A DNA stretch of 64,000 nucleotides from assembly GCA_951406725.2 (NCBI GenBank), contig OX597832.1:13392001-13456000 (forward strand), read 5' to 3'. A program made the position numbers and the translations under genes. This document shows, piece by piece, positions 28,900-41,830 of this stretch (its first letter is position 1; every line of letters starts with the position of its first letter). Below the pieces are notes generated by a model. The model was not told the origin of the DNA. It saw nothing but the letters and a program-made list of their open reading frames with translations, and searched no databases. Origin of the DNA: Octopus vulgaris (Eukaryota).

Positions 28900-30800
28900 T
28901 ATAATCTCTTTGCTTTTCTAAAATACATTTTAGAATACTTCCTAGATAGTGTTCACAATCATAAAAAGAATAAGCATCTCTGCAATTATGACATTCAATT
29001 ATATCTCATGTGATTTGCAGTGTGTCCATGTTTCTCATCTACTTTGAAATGCAAACTCTCTCTAAATCTATAGAAAGCGAGTGGTGAATATTCTCGGCAA
29101 GAATGTTTAGCTGCATTTTGAAAACTTAGCTGGACTACAAGATGTTCTTGAAATTTGCCTGTCGCCAAACGGGTGTCTACAGTAAATCCACGAGTATAAT
29201 CCTCATTTTTTCCAAACAATTAAAGGTCAATATGACTAGTGCGTACTATATACGAGGTTAGAAATAAAAAAAAAATTTTCTGTGCAATGTCCGAGACTCT
29301 ATTTGCTGTCCGGCAATGTTTATTCAGACGCATTTTGTGATGTCGGACGCGAAAATACCTTAAGCTAAGCCTGAAAGCAATGAAGTCATAAAAGAATCAT
29401 CCATAACTTGCAGTAAGCAACATTTATTAAAATAAAAGTATTCAGAACACAGAATAACATATAACAAAGACAATTTGCAAACATTTACATCCCCATATAG
29501 CAGTTAAGAACATTACCATTGTTGTATTACGCATGCGCGGAAGTGTTTGTTCGACTAGGTGCTGCTGGCTTAATTACGTACGACTGAAGTTAGAGAAGGG
29601 GTGCGTATTATACACAAGGTTTAGGTTTTTCAGGCGTACAGCCCCTTAAAAATCCCTTGCGTATTATACTCAAGGGCGGGCTATACTTGAAGATTTACGG
29701 TACTTAAGTGCGTTCTTGTATTTCAAAATCCATCAAACAAAAGGAGACATTTCCATGATGAATTTTGATCAATAGAATATAAGCCAAGTTATCAAGTAAC
29801 CACAGCTAAAATACTATAAGCGATTGTAATAAGAGAGTAGACGAAATATATCAACATTAAGATCAAGAAACAGTTAGATAGGATAGACTGTTGGATGATT
29901 AAGAGATAGTAAAATGCTATATATATAACACGGAGCCAAAATATAACATTCGTAACAGAATCACCGTAAACACGAAATATTGAGGCTGACTCGTTTGGAA
30001 GCCTAAATGTAGTAGCCTACATACTCAGCGGTCAAGCAAGAATAAAAATAATCATAATAGAGTCAATGTATTATTTGCTGTTCACAATAGAATTGTTTAA
30101 ATTATACGAATACGTAGGTTGGTTTAAGAGTTCAAGACTTTTTGAGATAAGGATCCATTCAATAGATAGTTACCCCTATACGTACTGGTGCTGGTGCTGA
30201 CGTTAAAACAAACTACGACAAGTCATTGTTGTTTTTAGTGAGCAATTCTTAGAACAGATTAAAATATCATTTCAGCCTATACACAGCTTTCGTACTAAAT
30301 GTGAGCAGTAAAAATTAAGTCCTGACCATTTGCCTAGGCTACTGCACGTTTGACAGGTTCAGACTCAAATATGCTCTTATCATAGATAATATGTCAAAGC
30401 ATAATATGACACTTAATCTCCTGAAAGATTATACAGAGGACAATCACGGGAAAATGAAAGAATCGTTTAGATATTAACGTTGCCAGGATCTCCTCAAATT
30501 CAAAAACTCTTTGTTAAACAGAAGAAACCACAATGCATCCATTTCTAATACAAGATATTTGCTTGCTTGCATTAATGTCAAGTTGCAATCAAAGACTTTT
30601 GTCAAGGGCAAAGTAGAAGCAATTATACGCATAAATGAAGAAAAAAAGGCTGCAAATCCCTCAAATATAAAAACAAATACGGAAGAGAAGGATGTAATGG
30701 AGTTGGACATAGGTTTTCTCGTTCAAGCCTGATATGGGTCTAAACAACTACGAGAACAACAATACAAGCAAACAAGAACCACAAGTACAACATAAAAAGA
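28900..30800 (+). pseudogene. Decayed ankyrin-repeat-like coding relic, copy 1
   Basis: Interrupted frames EIVK/MLYI*HGAKI/NIRN, IRTGAGADVKTNYD, LLNRRNHNASISNTRYLLAC; colinear inverted paralogue at 33130-34620. Confidence 0.5.
29180..29700. mobile_element. pogo/Tigger-like MITE
   Basis: Ends TA|cagtaaatccacgagtataa ... tatacttgaagatttacgg|TA; internal gcgtattatac repeats; absent from the paralogous arm. Confidence 0.7.
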
Positions 30801-31123
30801 CAACAACAGCAACCAAAATTTGTTTCAAATTTAATCGAGTATGAAACACTAATGGTTATGTCTTCAACGGTTTTGTTTGAAATTCGCTCATATAGGGCTC
30901 TCTTAAGATATCCAGCAACGATTATACGCCTTTATTATTTTAGTCGTCCGAGGTATAGCGCTAGCAGAATCGTTAGGGCGTCGGAAATTTAGAAAGGGCT
31001 GTTCCGTTTAGTTTTCCACGCTAAGTTCAAAATGACGCACTGGTCAAATTTGTTTTTCATTCTTTCGGGAGCAATATAATATTATAGAGTTCGGTGTCAT
31101 GAAATATGTGTCCTCCCACAAAT

Positions 31124-31136
31124 TTTCTTCTTCTTC

Positions 31137-31168
<32 letters not shown>

Positions 31169-31361
31169 CTTCTTCTTCTTCTTCTTCTTCTTCTTCTTCT
31201 TCTTCTTCTTCTTCTTCTTCTTCTTCTTCTTCTTCTTCTTCTTCTTCTTCTTCTTCTTCTTCTTCTTCTTCTTCTTCTTCCACACCTCCTTCTTCATGTT
31301 TTTCTTCTTCATATCATTATTATTATTATTATTATTAGTAGTAGTAGTAGTAGTAGTAGTG

Positions 31362-31415
<54 letters not shown>
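31124..31415 (+). repeat. Compound (CTT)n-(TAT)n-(AGT)n microsatellite
   Basis: Directly visible. Confidence 0.98.
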
Positions 31416-31440
31416 CAGTAGTATATATACATAACTTTGC

Positions 31441-31808
31441 TATAAACATAAATTTTGTTTTACGTAATCATGTATGTAGATGTGTACACGTGTATGCATA
31501 TAAGCCTATTGCTTATAACATTTATGAAGAAACATATCTAAGAAATTAAGCTGTCTATTCTTGAATGTATATATAAACCAGGTAAGAAACTTCTAGGTAA
31601 GAAACATGCACTTGATGTAGTTAGACTGGACCGTTCAAGTTTAGAGAAATAGTAACTCCGTCGACTCATATCTTACTGCCTTCATAACTGAATTTTCATT
31701 GTATAATTTAGTGCTATACATAACACAGAAGAAAATGGACAGGATGACCACAGATATGTGTGCAGCCAGAGTTGGACTGTAACCTAGTCTTTGTTAAAAG
31801 CAAACACT
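31441..31808 (+). repeat. Deleted direct copy of 22790-26794 (mosaic of three pieces)
   Basis: 31441-31577 matches 22790-22930; aaccaggtaagaaacttcta matches 23575-23594; 31614-31808 matches 26603-26794. Confidence 0.85.
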
Positions 31809-31920
31809 TCAAAATCTGGCAATATCTTATTATAGAAATAATTAGTCTTGGTAATATTGCCCATTCAACTTCACGGTAATACTTAACTGCCGTCGTATTT
31901 ATACTGAATATGATTCAAAT

Positions 31921-32293
31921 AGGCGCAGGAGTGGCTGTGTGGTAAGTAGTTTGCTTACCAACCACATGGTTCCGGGTTCAGTCCCACTGCGTGGCACCTT
32001 GGGCAAGTGTCTTCTACTAAAACCTCATGTCGACCAAAGCCTTGTGAGTGGATTTGGTAGACGGAAACTGATTGAAGCCCGTCGTATATATGTATATATG
32101 TATATATATATATATGTGTGTGTTTCTGTGTTTGTCCCCCCAACATCGCTTGATAACCGATGCTGGTGTGTTTACATCCCCGTAACTAAGCGGTTCGGCA
32201 AAAAGAGACCGATAGAATAAGTACTAGGCTTACAAAAGAATAAGTTCTGGTGTCGATGTGCTCGACTGAAACAAGTAAAAGAGTAAAAAGGGT
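31921..32293 (+). mobile_element. SINE family A
   Basis: Matches the family A consensus. Confidence 0.9.
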
Positions 32294-32499
32294 AAACGTT
32301 TGTTTCTAATATAGGTACTGAATGGAGGTAGGCATGTCAAAGAATAGAGCCAACATTTCGTAAAGGGCGACTAAGAGTGGTTGATGTCAAATTTGCATTC
32401 TGACCTCGTAAAAAACTTCACTAGATGTGACTACGCAAACAAACCCAAGGGTTGGAGGTTGCCTTCTCAGACTCGAAAAGGCATCATTCGCTAGGAGTA

Positions 32500-32628
32500 T
32501 TAAGGAAACACCGGCATATGGTACGAGTAGATGCAGTAGTAAACTATCACAGTGCACGCTCACATACTACAACTACTACTACATGACATCGGACCCTGTG
32601 GTATCCTCTTACATCGCTTCCAAACCAT
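32500..32628 (+). repeat. 129-bp perfect direct repeat, copy 1
   Basis: Identical to 34029-34157. Confidence 0.95.
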
Positions 32629-32747
32629 AACAGGTAAATTTGGTATCTGCGAGATATCGAACTCAACGTAGAAAACTAGGAAGAAAACCGCTTTGCAGTT
32701 TCCGACGCTCCAGCGATTTTGCTATCTCTCCACATTGGATAACTAAA

Positions 32748-32970
32748 TTAATAATCCTTTCTACTATAGGCACAAGGCCTGACATTTATGGGGAGGGGTT
32801 AAGTCGATTATATCGAGCGCAGTTCTCAACTAGTACTTAATTTATCGTCACCGAAATGATGAAAGGCAAAGTCGACCTGGGCGGTACTTGACCTCAGAAC
32901 GTACTAACGGGAGATATACCACTAAGCATTAACCCCGGCGTGCTAACGATTCTGCCAGCTCGCCGCCTTT
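32748..32970 (-). mobile_element. SINE family C (Nin-like domain)
   Basis: Minus ggcggcgagctggcagaatcgttagcacgccggg...gtcgactttgcctttcatcatttcggtgacgataaattaagtact. Confidence 0.85.
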
Positions 32971-33129
32971 ACAATTAAGTTAATAATGACATACATGCGT
33001 TGTTAAATATCTGATGACAGTCCATATGATAGAATCTAAAACCGTTGAAGCCATATCTATTAGTTTCATTCACGATTAAAGCAGAAGCAAAGTGTGGATG
33101 TAGTCGCTAATGTTGCAGCTGTTTTGCTT

Positions 33130-34620
33130 GTTGTGTTGGTGTCTTTTTTATGTTGTTATGGTTCTTGTTGTTGTTTTGTTTTCGTCGTTGTTTAGACCAG
33201 GTCAGGCTTGAACAAGAAAATCTGTGTCCAACGCCATTATAGTTTTGCTCTTCTGTATTTGTTTTTTTTTATATTTGAGGGATTTGCAGCCTTTTTTTAA
33301 TCTATCCGTATAATCACTTCTGCTTTGCCCTCGAGAAATGTCTTTCACGGTTGACTGACATTATTGCAAGCAAGCAAATATTCTGTATCATAATCGGATG
33401 CATTGGGCTTAGTTCTATTTACGAAAAGTTTTTTAAATGCGAGGAAATATGACAATGATAAAATGCAAATGATGTCTTTGATCTTCCCATGAATGTCTCC
33501 TCTTTATTCATTTATGAGGTTAAATGCCATTTCATGTTTTGGCATATGAGATATGATGGAGGCATACATATTTGGGTTTGACCGTGTCAAAACTGTAGTG
33601 GCCTAAGCAAAGGCATCGGATTTTATTCTTACTGCCTACATTTATTAACGAAGCTGATTGTTATAGGGTCCAGGTATTTCTGAAATCTTTTTTTCTCAGG
33701 CCAGTTTAATTAAATCACCGATGAGCTGTCATAGCTCGATTTAACGTCAGAAGCAGCCCCAGTTGATATAGAGGCACAGACTAAAAGAAGAATGTTAGAA
33801 CCATCAAAGGGTTCACGTATAAATTGTGTTCTTAAACGCAAATGAAACATCGTTTCAATAATGATTATATTTAATCTTCCTTGATTGCAGAACATGTGAA
33901 CAGCTATATTTATGTTTCTGGCATCTACCAAACTTGTCCTTGGAGAGCAAGAATATTTTGTGTTTATGGTGACTCTGTTACGAATTTTATAGCTTATCTC
34001 TGTTATATGATAAGCATTTTGTTACCCCTTAAGGAAACACCGGCATATGGTACGAGTAGATGCAGTAGTAAACTATCACAGTGCACGCTCACATACTACA
34101 ACTACTACTACATGACATCGGACCCTGTGGTATCCTCTTACATCGCTTCCAAACCATCAGTGTATCCTACCTCACTGCTTCTTGATCATTATGTTTATAG
34201 ATTTCGTTTATGCTGCTTTTACCATCGCTTTTATTATTCTTGTTGCTTTTGCAACATATATTGTCTAATATTCTCTCGATAGAAAATCATCAATGAAAAG
34301 CTTTCTTCTTGTGTTTCATTTTGATGGATTCCGTAATAGTGCAATGATAATTTGACAACAGAAAAAAATTCAAGAGCATATAGCGTGGCTTGAAAACGTG
34401 GCCAGCCAATCTTTCTAGAATTATACACCACCATTCTTGTCCATATTTGGAAATAGAGTGAATTTTGGAAGAGTATGGTAGGCATCAACACACTACAATT
34501 CACGTGAGACAAAATTGATTGATACATTTGCAGAGACATATGTCTCCTTCGTATAACTGCTAGAATGTTCGAGATGCAATACTGAGGAATGACGATTAGG
34601 CAGATGTACATGCATAGCAA
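33130..34620 (-). pseudogene. Decayed ankyrin-repeat-like coding relic, copy 2 (inverted paralogue)
   Basis: MVDARNINIAVHMFCNQGRLNII, ISTGAASDVKSSYD, LFVNRTKPNASDYDTEYLLAC; colinear with 28900-30800. Confidence 0.5.
34029..34157 (+). repeat. 129-bp perfect direct repeat, copy 2 (insertion)
   Basis: Identical to 32500-32628; absent at the paralogous position ~29890. Confidence 0.95.
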
Positions 34621-35034
34621 GTGTTTTACTCTGAGATCAGGTATCGAAGAAAAATCGATTGCAACGAAGTATACATAAGTTAACAATCTGGAAACGCACA
34701 AAGGCCGTTCATTTCACTTACACATATTTTTAATATTGTATCAAATTATTTGATGCTGGAAACAGCGACCTGCTCACTGACAAAACAGAGCTGTTGCAGT
34801 TAAAAGAATTTTGTATTGAGAAGGTCGCAGTTTCGAGCGAAGAAAATTTACGTCAATGAATGTTTAAGGGAAATTGAGGGGCCTTGTGCGTATCTGAACG
34901 GCTAACAATAGTTTTTCATCCTACAATCAACCATTGAATATTTTTCTACTATTTGTTTGGATGCTACAATATGACTCGTTTTCAAATGCCTATCAACATG
35001 AACACTAAATAATATATAATATATGCGATATGTA

Positions 35035-35342
35035 GAGGCGCAATGGCCCAGTGGTTAGAGCAGCGGACTTGCGGTCGTAGGATCGTGGTTTCGATACCCA
35101 GACCGGGCGTTGTGAATGTTTATTGAGTGAAAACACCTAAAGCACCACGAGGCTCCGGTAGGGGGTTGTGGTGATCCCTGATGAACTCATTCACCACAAT
35201 TTTCTCTCACTCTTTCTTCTGTTGGCCTGTTCTCTAAACCAGCGGGGTAGCGTCCTTTGAAGGCTAAAACAATGCGAAGCGCATTGTGACAAGCGATGTG
35301 TAGCAACCTCTGATGGCCTGGTCGGTCACATGATCACGTGAT
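35035..35342 (+). mobile_element. SINE family B (tail type 2)
   Basis: gaggcgcaatggcccagtggttagagcagcggac...ggtttcgatacccagacc; tail as in the 26028 copy. Confidence 0.88.
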
Positions 35343-35755
35343 ATGCGATATATAAACGACAATAGGATGGTATCAAACGTATAGAGATGATCATAACATC
35401 AAAACCGATTGACCTGAATATTAACAAGGATAATAGCAAAACAAGAAAATAAAAGGAAACCCGGTGAGTCACTTTCCTATATTATTCCAAAGAGTTGGAT
35501 GTATGAAGATGTTTGACACACAGGAAGTGATATATTATATGAAAATCTAAATTCATCTGTAAAGAATACAGTGGCAAATAAATCATTTTATAATGTATTA
35601 CTTTATTGCTAGTATAAAAGAAATGACATCCATTTCTGACAAGTAATATAGATGGGATGTATGTATGCATGTATGTACGCGCGCACACACACACACACTG
35701 ATACACACTGATACATACGTACATACATACATTACATTACATACCATACATATAG

Positions 35756-35833
<78 letters not shown>

Positions 35834-35836
<3 letters not shown>

Positions 35837-36236
35837 TGGCTGTGTGGTAAATAGCTTGCTTACGAACCACATGGGTCCGGGTCCAGTCGTACTGCGTGGC
35901 ACCTTGTGCAAGTGTATTCTACTATAGCCTCGGTCCGAACAAAGCCTTGTAAGTCGATTTGGTAGACGGAAACTGAAATAAGCTCGTCGTATATATGTAT
36001 ATATATGTGTATGTGTATATGTTTGCGTGTCTGTGTTTGTCCCCCCCAACATCGCTTGACAACCGATGCTGGTGTGTTTACGTCTCCGTAAGTTAGCGGT
36101 TCGGCAAAAGAGACTGATAGAATAAGTACTAGGCTTACAAAGAATAAGATCTGGGGTCGATTTGATCGACTAAAAAGGCGATCCTCCAGCATGGCCACAG
36201 TCAAATGACTGAAACAAGTAAAAGAGTAAAAAGAGT
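35834..36236 (+). mobile_element. SINE family A
   Basis: Matches the family consensus; follows (TA)n. Confidence 0.9.
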
Positions 36237-36521
36237 ATATAACAGAGAGAATGTTATATTAAATTTCTGTTCGAGATATAAGCAATAGCAGTAAGGATCC
36301 GTAACATATATTTGCCAAATGCGTGTGGCGTCCTCTACAGGACAATGTTACTGATATTTATAGCCCCAGGAAGATATCTCCTCCAGCTGGCTAACGACAC
36401 ACATTCTGTGTCCGATTAGTATTTGCGATGGAGGTCATCGCTCCCATCTCTAGCCTCACACACACACACATACACACACGCGCACACACACACACACACA
36501 TACACACACACACATACCCCC

Positions 36522-36569
<48 letters not shown>

Positions 36570-36693
36570 AAGTCGATCTGCTGCTTCCACGGCTATATTG
36601 CGTACGAAATTTACATTCCTGTTTGTGAAATACGAAATACATTCGACGCATCCACATTTTATTTAGAAAAATTGTTGCACTCCAAATTCAATG

Positions 36694-37210
<517 letters not shown>

Positions 37211-37529
37211 ATATATATATGTATATATATATATTTCGTTGCTATTATGCAAAAGTGTCGTAAGTCCAAAACGTTGCTTTTTCAGATAACGAAAAATTAG
37301 TTTGACCATTCCATAGTAAAATCGTTATATATTGTGATATATTGGCATCTGAAACACAATAGTTTGACCAAAAGAACCGGCCACTACATGTAAAATATAT
37401 ATATATTGTAAAAAACGCATTTTGCTAAATTTCCACCTATGACACTTTAACATATAGCAAGGATGTATATATAGATGAACAGGTGTTAAGAGTCTATACA
37501 AATTAAAATTTATGGATAAAAATGTAAAT

Positions 37530-38028
37530 TTGGAGAAAAGGCACAAAATATCCAAGTTACAGTGAGTGATTTGAAATATAACCGGTTTCGATGTATCCAT
37601 CTTATGAAATATAAAAAATGATTTGGGGCAGTCAAAGAGTAAAATTTGTGTGGTTAACAGTTTGTACTCATGTTTTAGTGCATAGTGAAATTTTACTTCA
37701 AGTCACTTTTCCTATACATTTTGTCTATGTAGGTTTGGGGGTGAGGTTCAAGAGTTCAAGTTTCAGGAATTCTATAGAAAGGAAGTCTTTGGAATTGAAT
37801 AGAGAGTTTCTATTCAGGATAGGACCAGCTGTGTGTGTGTGTGTGTTTGGAATATATCGTCAAAGCATTTCTATTGCATTCGCTTTTCTATGGCCTCTCG
37901 TTAAGTGGTTTTTTAAAGGATGGGCATTCAGAAGATTTGGAAGGAATAATTTTCTATTTGCTTTGCTGTGTGGGTACGCGCGTGTGAGTCTGTCTTTGTT
38001 AGTGTATGAGTGACTATGTGTATGTATG

Positions 38029-38094
<66 letters not shown>

Positions 38095-38237
38095 GGTGTT
38101 ATTTTTATTATTTCGAAATACGTTTTGTATATTGTGGTGGGTGCGCATAAGTGAGTGCTTTTGGTTTTTTGGGAGTGTCTTTTGTGCACGTGTGTTATCG
38201 TAGTGTTTGTGTACGTGAGTGTGTTAGAGAAATATAT

Positions 38238-38291
<54 letters not shown>

Positions 38292-38646
38292 TTATCCATT
38301 GACTAATATTGGGTGTTAATATATTGTGGTTTAAAATATTTAAATAATTTAGTGTTCGTGTGTTTTCTTTTCTGTAGTGTGTGTTCTTTTGTGTATGTGT
38401 GTGTATTTGTAGTGGTGTACGCGTGTCCGCATACCCTTTTACTTGTTTCAGTCATTTGATTGTGGTCAGGCTGGAGCACCTCCTGTAGTCGAGCAAAGCG
38501 TCTCCAGGACCTTTTCTTTGAAAGCCTGTTATTTATTCTAACGGTTTTCTTTTGCCGAACCACTAAGTTACGCGGACGTAATCATACCAGCATAGGTTGT
38601 CAAGCCATGTTGGGGGAAAAACACAGATACACAAACATACAGACAT

Positions 38647-38689
<43 letters not shown>

Positions 38690-39155
38690 CATACATACGA
38701 CGGGCTTCTTTCACTTTCCGTCTACCAAATCCACTCATAAAGTCTTTGGTTGACCCGAGGCTATAGTAGAAATCACTTGCCGAAGGTGCCACACAGTGGG
38801 ACTGAACCTGGGACCATGTGGTTCGTAAGCAAACTATTTACCACACAGTTAATTCTACGCCTATATATGGTTTTTTTTTTTTTTGTTTTTTGGTGCTATA
38901 CTCTTGAACCCCAATCCAAAACTCCATAGATACATAGACGATATATATTTAAGAAGTGAATCTTAAGTAAAATTTCCCTACGCAGTACAATACGGATACA
39001 AACTGTTAACCACAAATGTTTTTTTCTTTGTCTTACAGAAAAAAAAAATTTAATATATGATAAGATGGATACATCGAAACCGGTTATATTTTAAAACACT
39101 CACTGTAACATAGATATTATACATCTTGCAGAATATACTTTTGTGCCTTTTCCTC
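37530..39155. mobile_element. Truncated PLE with inverted pseudo-LTR copies (37530-37760 on -, 38898-39155 on +), each with a decayed HHR
   Basis: Arms are reverse complements; aatat-ATGATAA-gatg gata catc-GAAACCGGTT-atatt at 39052-39090 and its mirror at ~37574-37612. Confidence 0.7.
38435..38862 (-). mobile_element. SINE family A
   Basis: Reverse-complement match to the family consensus. Confidence 0.88.
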
Positions 39156-39249
39156 TTTGACCAGGGGAAGAAGCTACTTCACACAGCACTTAGGAATTAT
39201 AACTGGGAGTCGTAAAAGTTGCTCAACAACTTAAATGTATATACCTATT

Positions 39250-39475
39250 TTTTTATTACCCACAAGGGGCTAAACATAGAGGGGACAAACAAGGACAGAC
39301 ATAGGTATTAAGTCGATTACATCAAACCCCAGTGCCAAACACGTACTTAATTTATCGACCCCGAAAGGATGAAAGACAAAGTCGACCTCAGCGGAATTTG
39401 AACTCAGAACGTAACGGCAGACGAAATACGGCTACGCATTTCGCCCGGCGTGCTAACGATTCTGCCAGCTCACCT
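39250..39475 (-). mobile_element. SINE family C (Nin-like domain)
   Basis: Minus gagctggcagaatcgttagcacgccggg...gagttcaaattccgctgaggtcgactttgtctttcatcctttcggggtcgataaattaagtac. Confidence 0.88.
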
Positions 39476-39483
39476 ACATAATG

Positions 39484-39728
39484 TCGATAATGTCATTCAC
39501 GGAATTGTAAGTCACAAACTGCATAATCTCGACATAGTTGAAAATCTAGAGGAGTGGCTACATGACTTACTGATCGATAGAAATAACGCAGTAGTGGCCA
39601 ACATTTAGTGAGAGGTGTCACGCACGGCACTGTTTTGAAGGCACTACTACATTTCATAGTGACCCTTTCAGATATGAATCAGCCACACTGAATGCCACAT
39701 TCACAAGCTATGCAGATGATACAGAACC
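39484..39728 (+). pseudogene. CR1/L2-group LINE RT fragment
   Basis: DNVIHGIVSHKLHNLDIVENLEEWLHDLLIDR...RGVTHGTVL...SYADDT. Confidence 0.8.
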
Positions 39729-40266
39729 TATCTACATAAAAAAAAAAACAAGTCCCCTTTCTTCATGTTCATTTTATAATCCTATTTATTTCCCCACATA
39801 ATTCTTATAAGGTTGCTCACACTTACTCTCTTTCTTTGTTTCTGTCCTTTTGCTCTTCCTTTCATTTTTCTTTCTATTTCATATATATTCATGCATCGCA
39901 TCTTTTATTGTTATTATGTGGTATATAATTCTAGATACAGTGGAGACGTTCAGCGAAAACTGCGTTAATCGGATCATAAAGATGGTCTTCTTTATTATTT
40001 TTAATTTACGGTATTTCTGAATCTGTACTTGGACTCTGATTACATTCCGTATATGGTAAATCTAGCATTTACATAAGGAGAATTCCGACAAATACATTTC
40101 GTCAGTTCTTTTAAATGTATCATGAGAATATTTGCTATTTTATACCAATCTCATGTTTTAATTTATGGTTCTGGTGCATAGTCCCTTCTTTGTATTACTG
40201 AAGAATTACATTTAAATGTGTATATATATATATAGAGAGAGACAGATATATAAATGCATCCATCTG

Positions 40267-40327
<61 letters not shown>

Positions 40328-40330
40328 ATA

Positions 40331-40393
<63 letters not shown>

Positions 40394-41007
40394 TTATCTA
40401 GCTATCTCTCTACCTATCTATATTCAAATGCTACATACGTAGCGTGGTTTCTGCAACTAACCTACAATGTGAAACAGCTGTCAACAAATCTTAATGTATA
40501 TACATACATACATACATGCATACATACATACATCCATATATTACATGCATACATACAAATGTACATACATAAATATATATATATATATGTGTGTACGTGT
40601 GTGTATATTTATGTATATATGCATATATATCTATGTACAATCATACGTTCATATACGTATATACATTTCGTATCATACTACTGTCTCTTTATATACCTAG
40701 AGAAATATAAATTTGGGGAGTGTGCGTTTGTGAGTATGAGTGTTTGCATGTGAGTGCTTATGTGTATATGTGTGTCGCGTGTGAGTGAGTGTGTGCGTGT
40801 GTGCGTGCGTGCGTGCGTGAAAATTTGATACTCTCGCTAGGAAATCAACAGTTCAAAAGAGAACATTACACAAAACATTGTTTAGAATATTTATTCCTGT
40901 TTCCTTAAGGCATACCAAATTTTCCAGAATAAAATATTCTTTTCAGAAAGCGTATAATACAGGTGCTTAAGAACACTAAGTATTTCCCACATACATATGT
41001 TATAAAT

Positions 41008-41219
<212 letters not shown>

Positions 41220-41220
41220 G

Positions 41221-41282
<62 letters not shown>

Positions 41283-41288
<6 letters not shown>

Positions 41289-41726
41289 CAAGGACAGAAC
41301 TTTTCGGATCATGCCCACATGTGACTAAATTTCTGTTACGTTTTTGGTCCCCTAAAGAAAACGGATAGAACATGCTTTCTGTGTTATGTCCCAAGAAGAT
41401 TTTATATATTTTTATATATTTTTATATATTTTTTATGTATTTTTATGTATTTTTATGACGAAAAATGCGAGCGATGTATAAGTACGCAGGCAAAGCAGAG
41501 TTATAACAGAGTAATTTCCCTTCATTTTTAACGGTATTTTTTCATAACGTTTTCAAATAGCCAGATAACCGAAGAGATGGTGTTGTGGATTTCCACTTCG
41601 GCATCTGAAACTCAGAGTTTTATCTTGACTACCGAGTAATGTAACATATTGTATAGATAAATTTCCTCTATTTACATAATATTGAGGTCTCTTTCTTTCT
41701 TTTGTTATCTTACCGTTTTATCAATA
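41283..41726 (+). repeat. 5' pseudo-LTR
   Basis: Near-identical to 43871-44315; differences only in an AT-rich tract. Confidence 0.97.
41558..41631 (+). ncRNA. Variant type I hammerhead ribozyme in the 5' pseudo-LTR
   Basis: tagccaGATAA-CCGAAGA-GATG...CATC-T-GAA-ACTC a GAGT-T-TTATCttgacta: helix I, C(C)GANGA core, helix II, GAA, palindromic helix III. Confidence 0.7.
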
Positions 41727-41830
41727 AATCACCTCCCGGACGACGTTATTCTCAACTAAGAGCTAATACGACCTTTTTGGGATTATCGCCTAACATCGGT
41801 TGAGGACTCTCACAAACAAAAGAATCTAAT

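Noticed and set aside
32495-32633. Possible exon overlapping the 129-bp repeat
   Set aside because: All three plus frames contain a stop before the putative donor; no recognisable protein.
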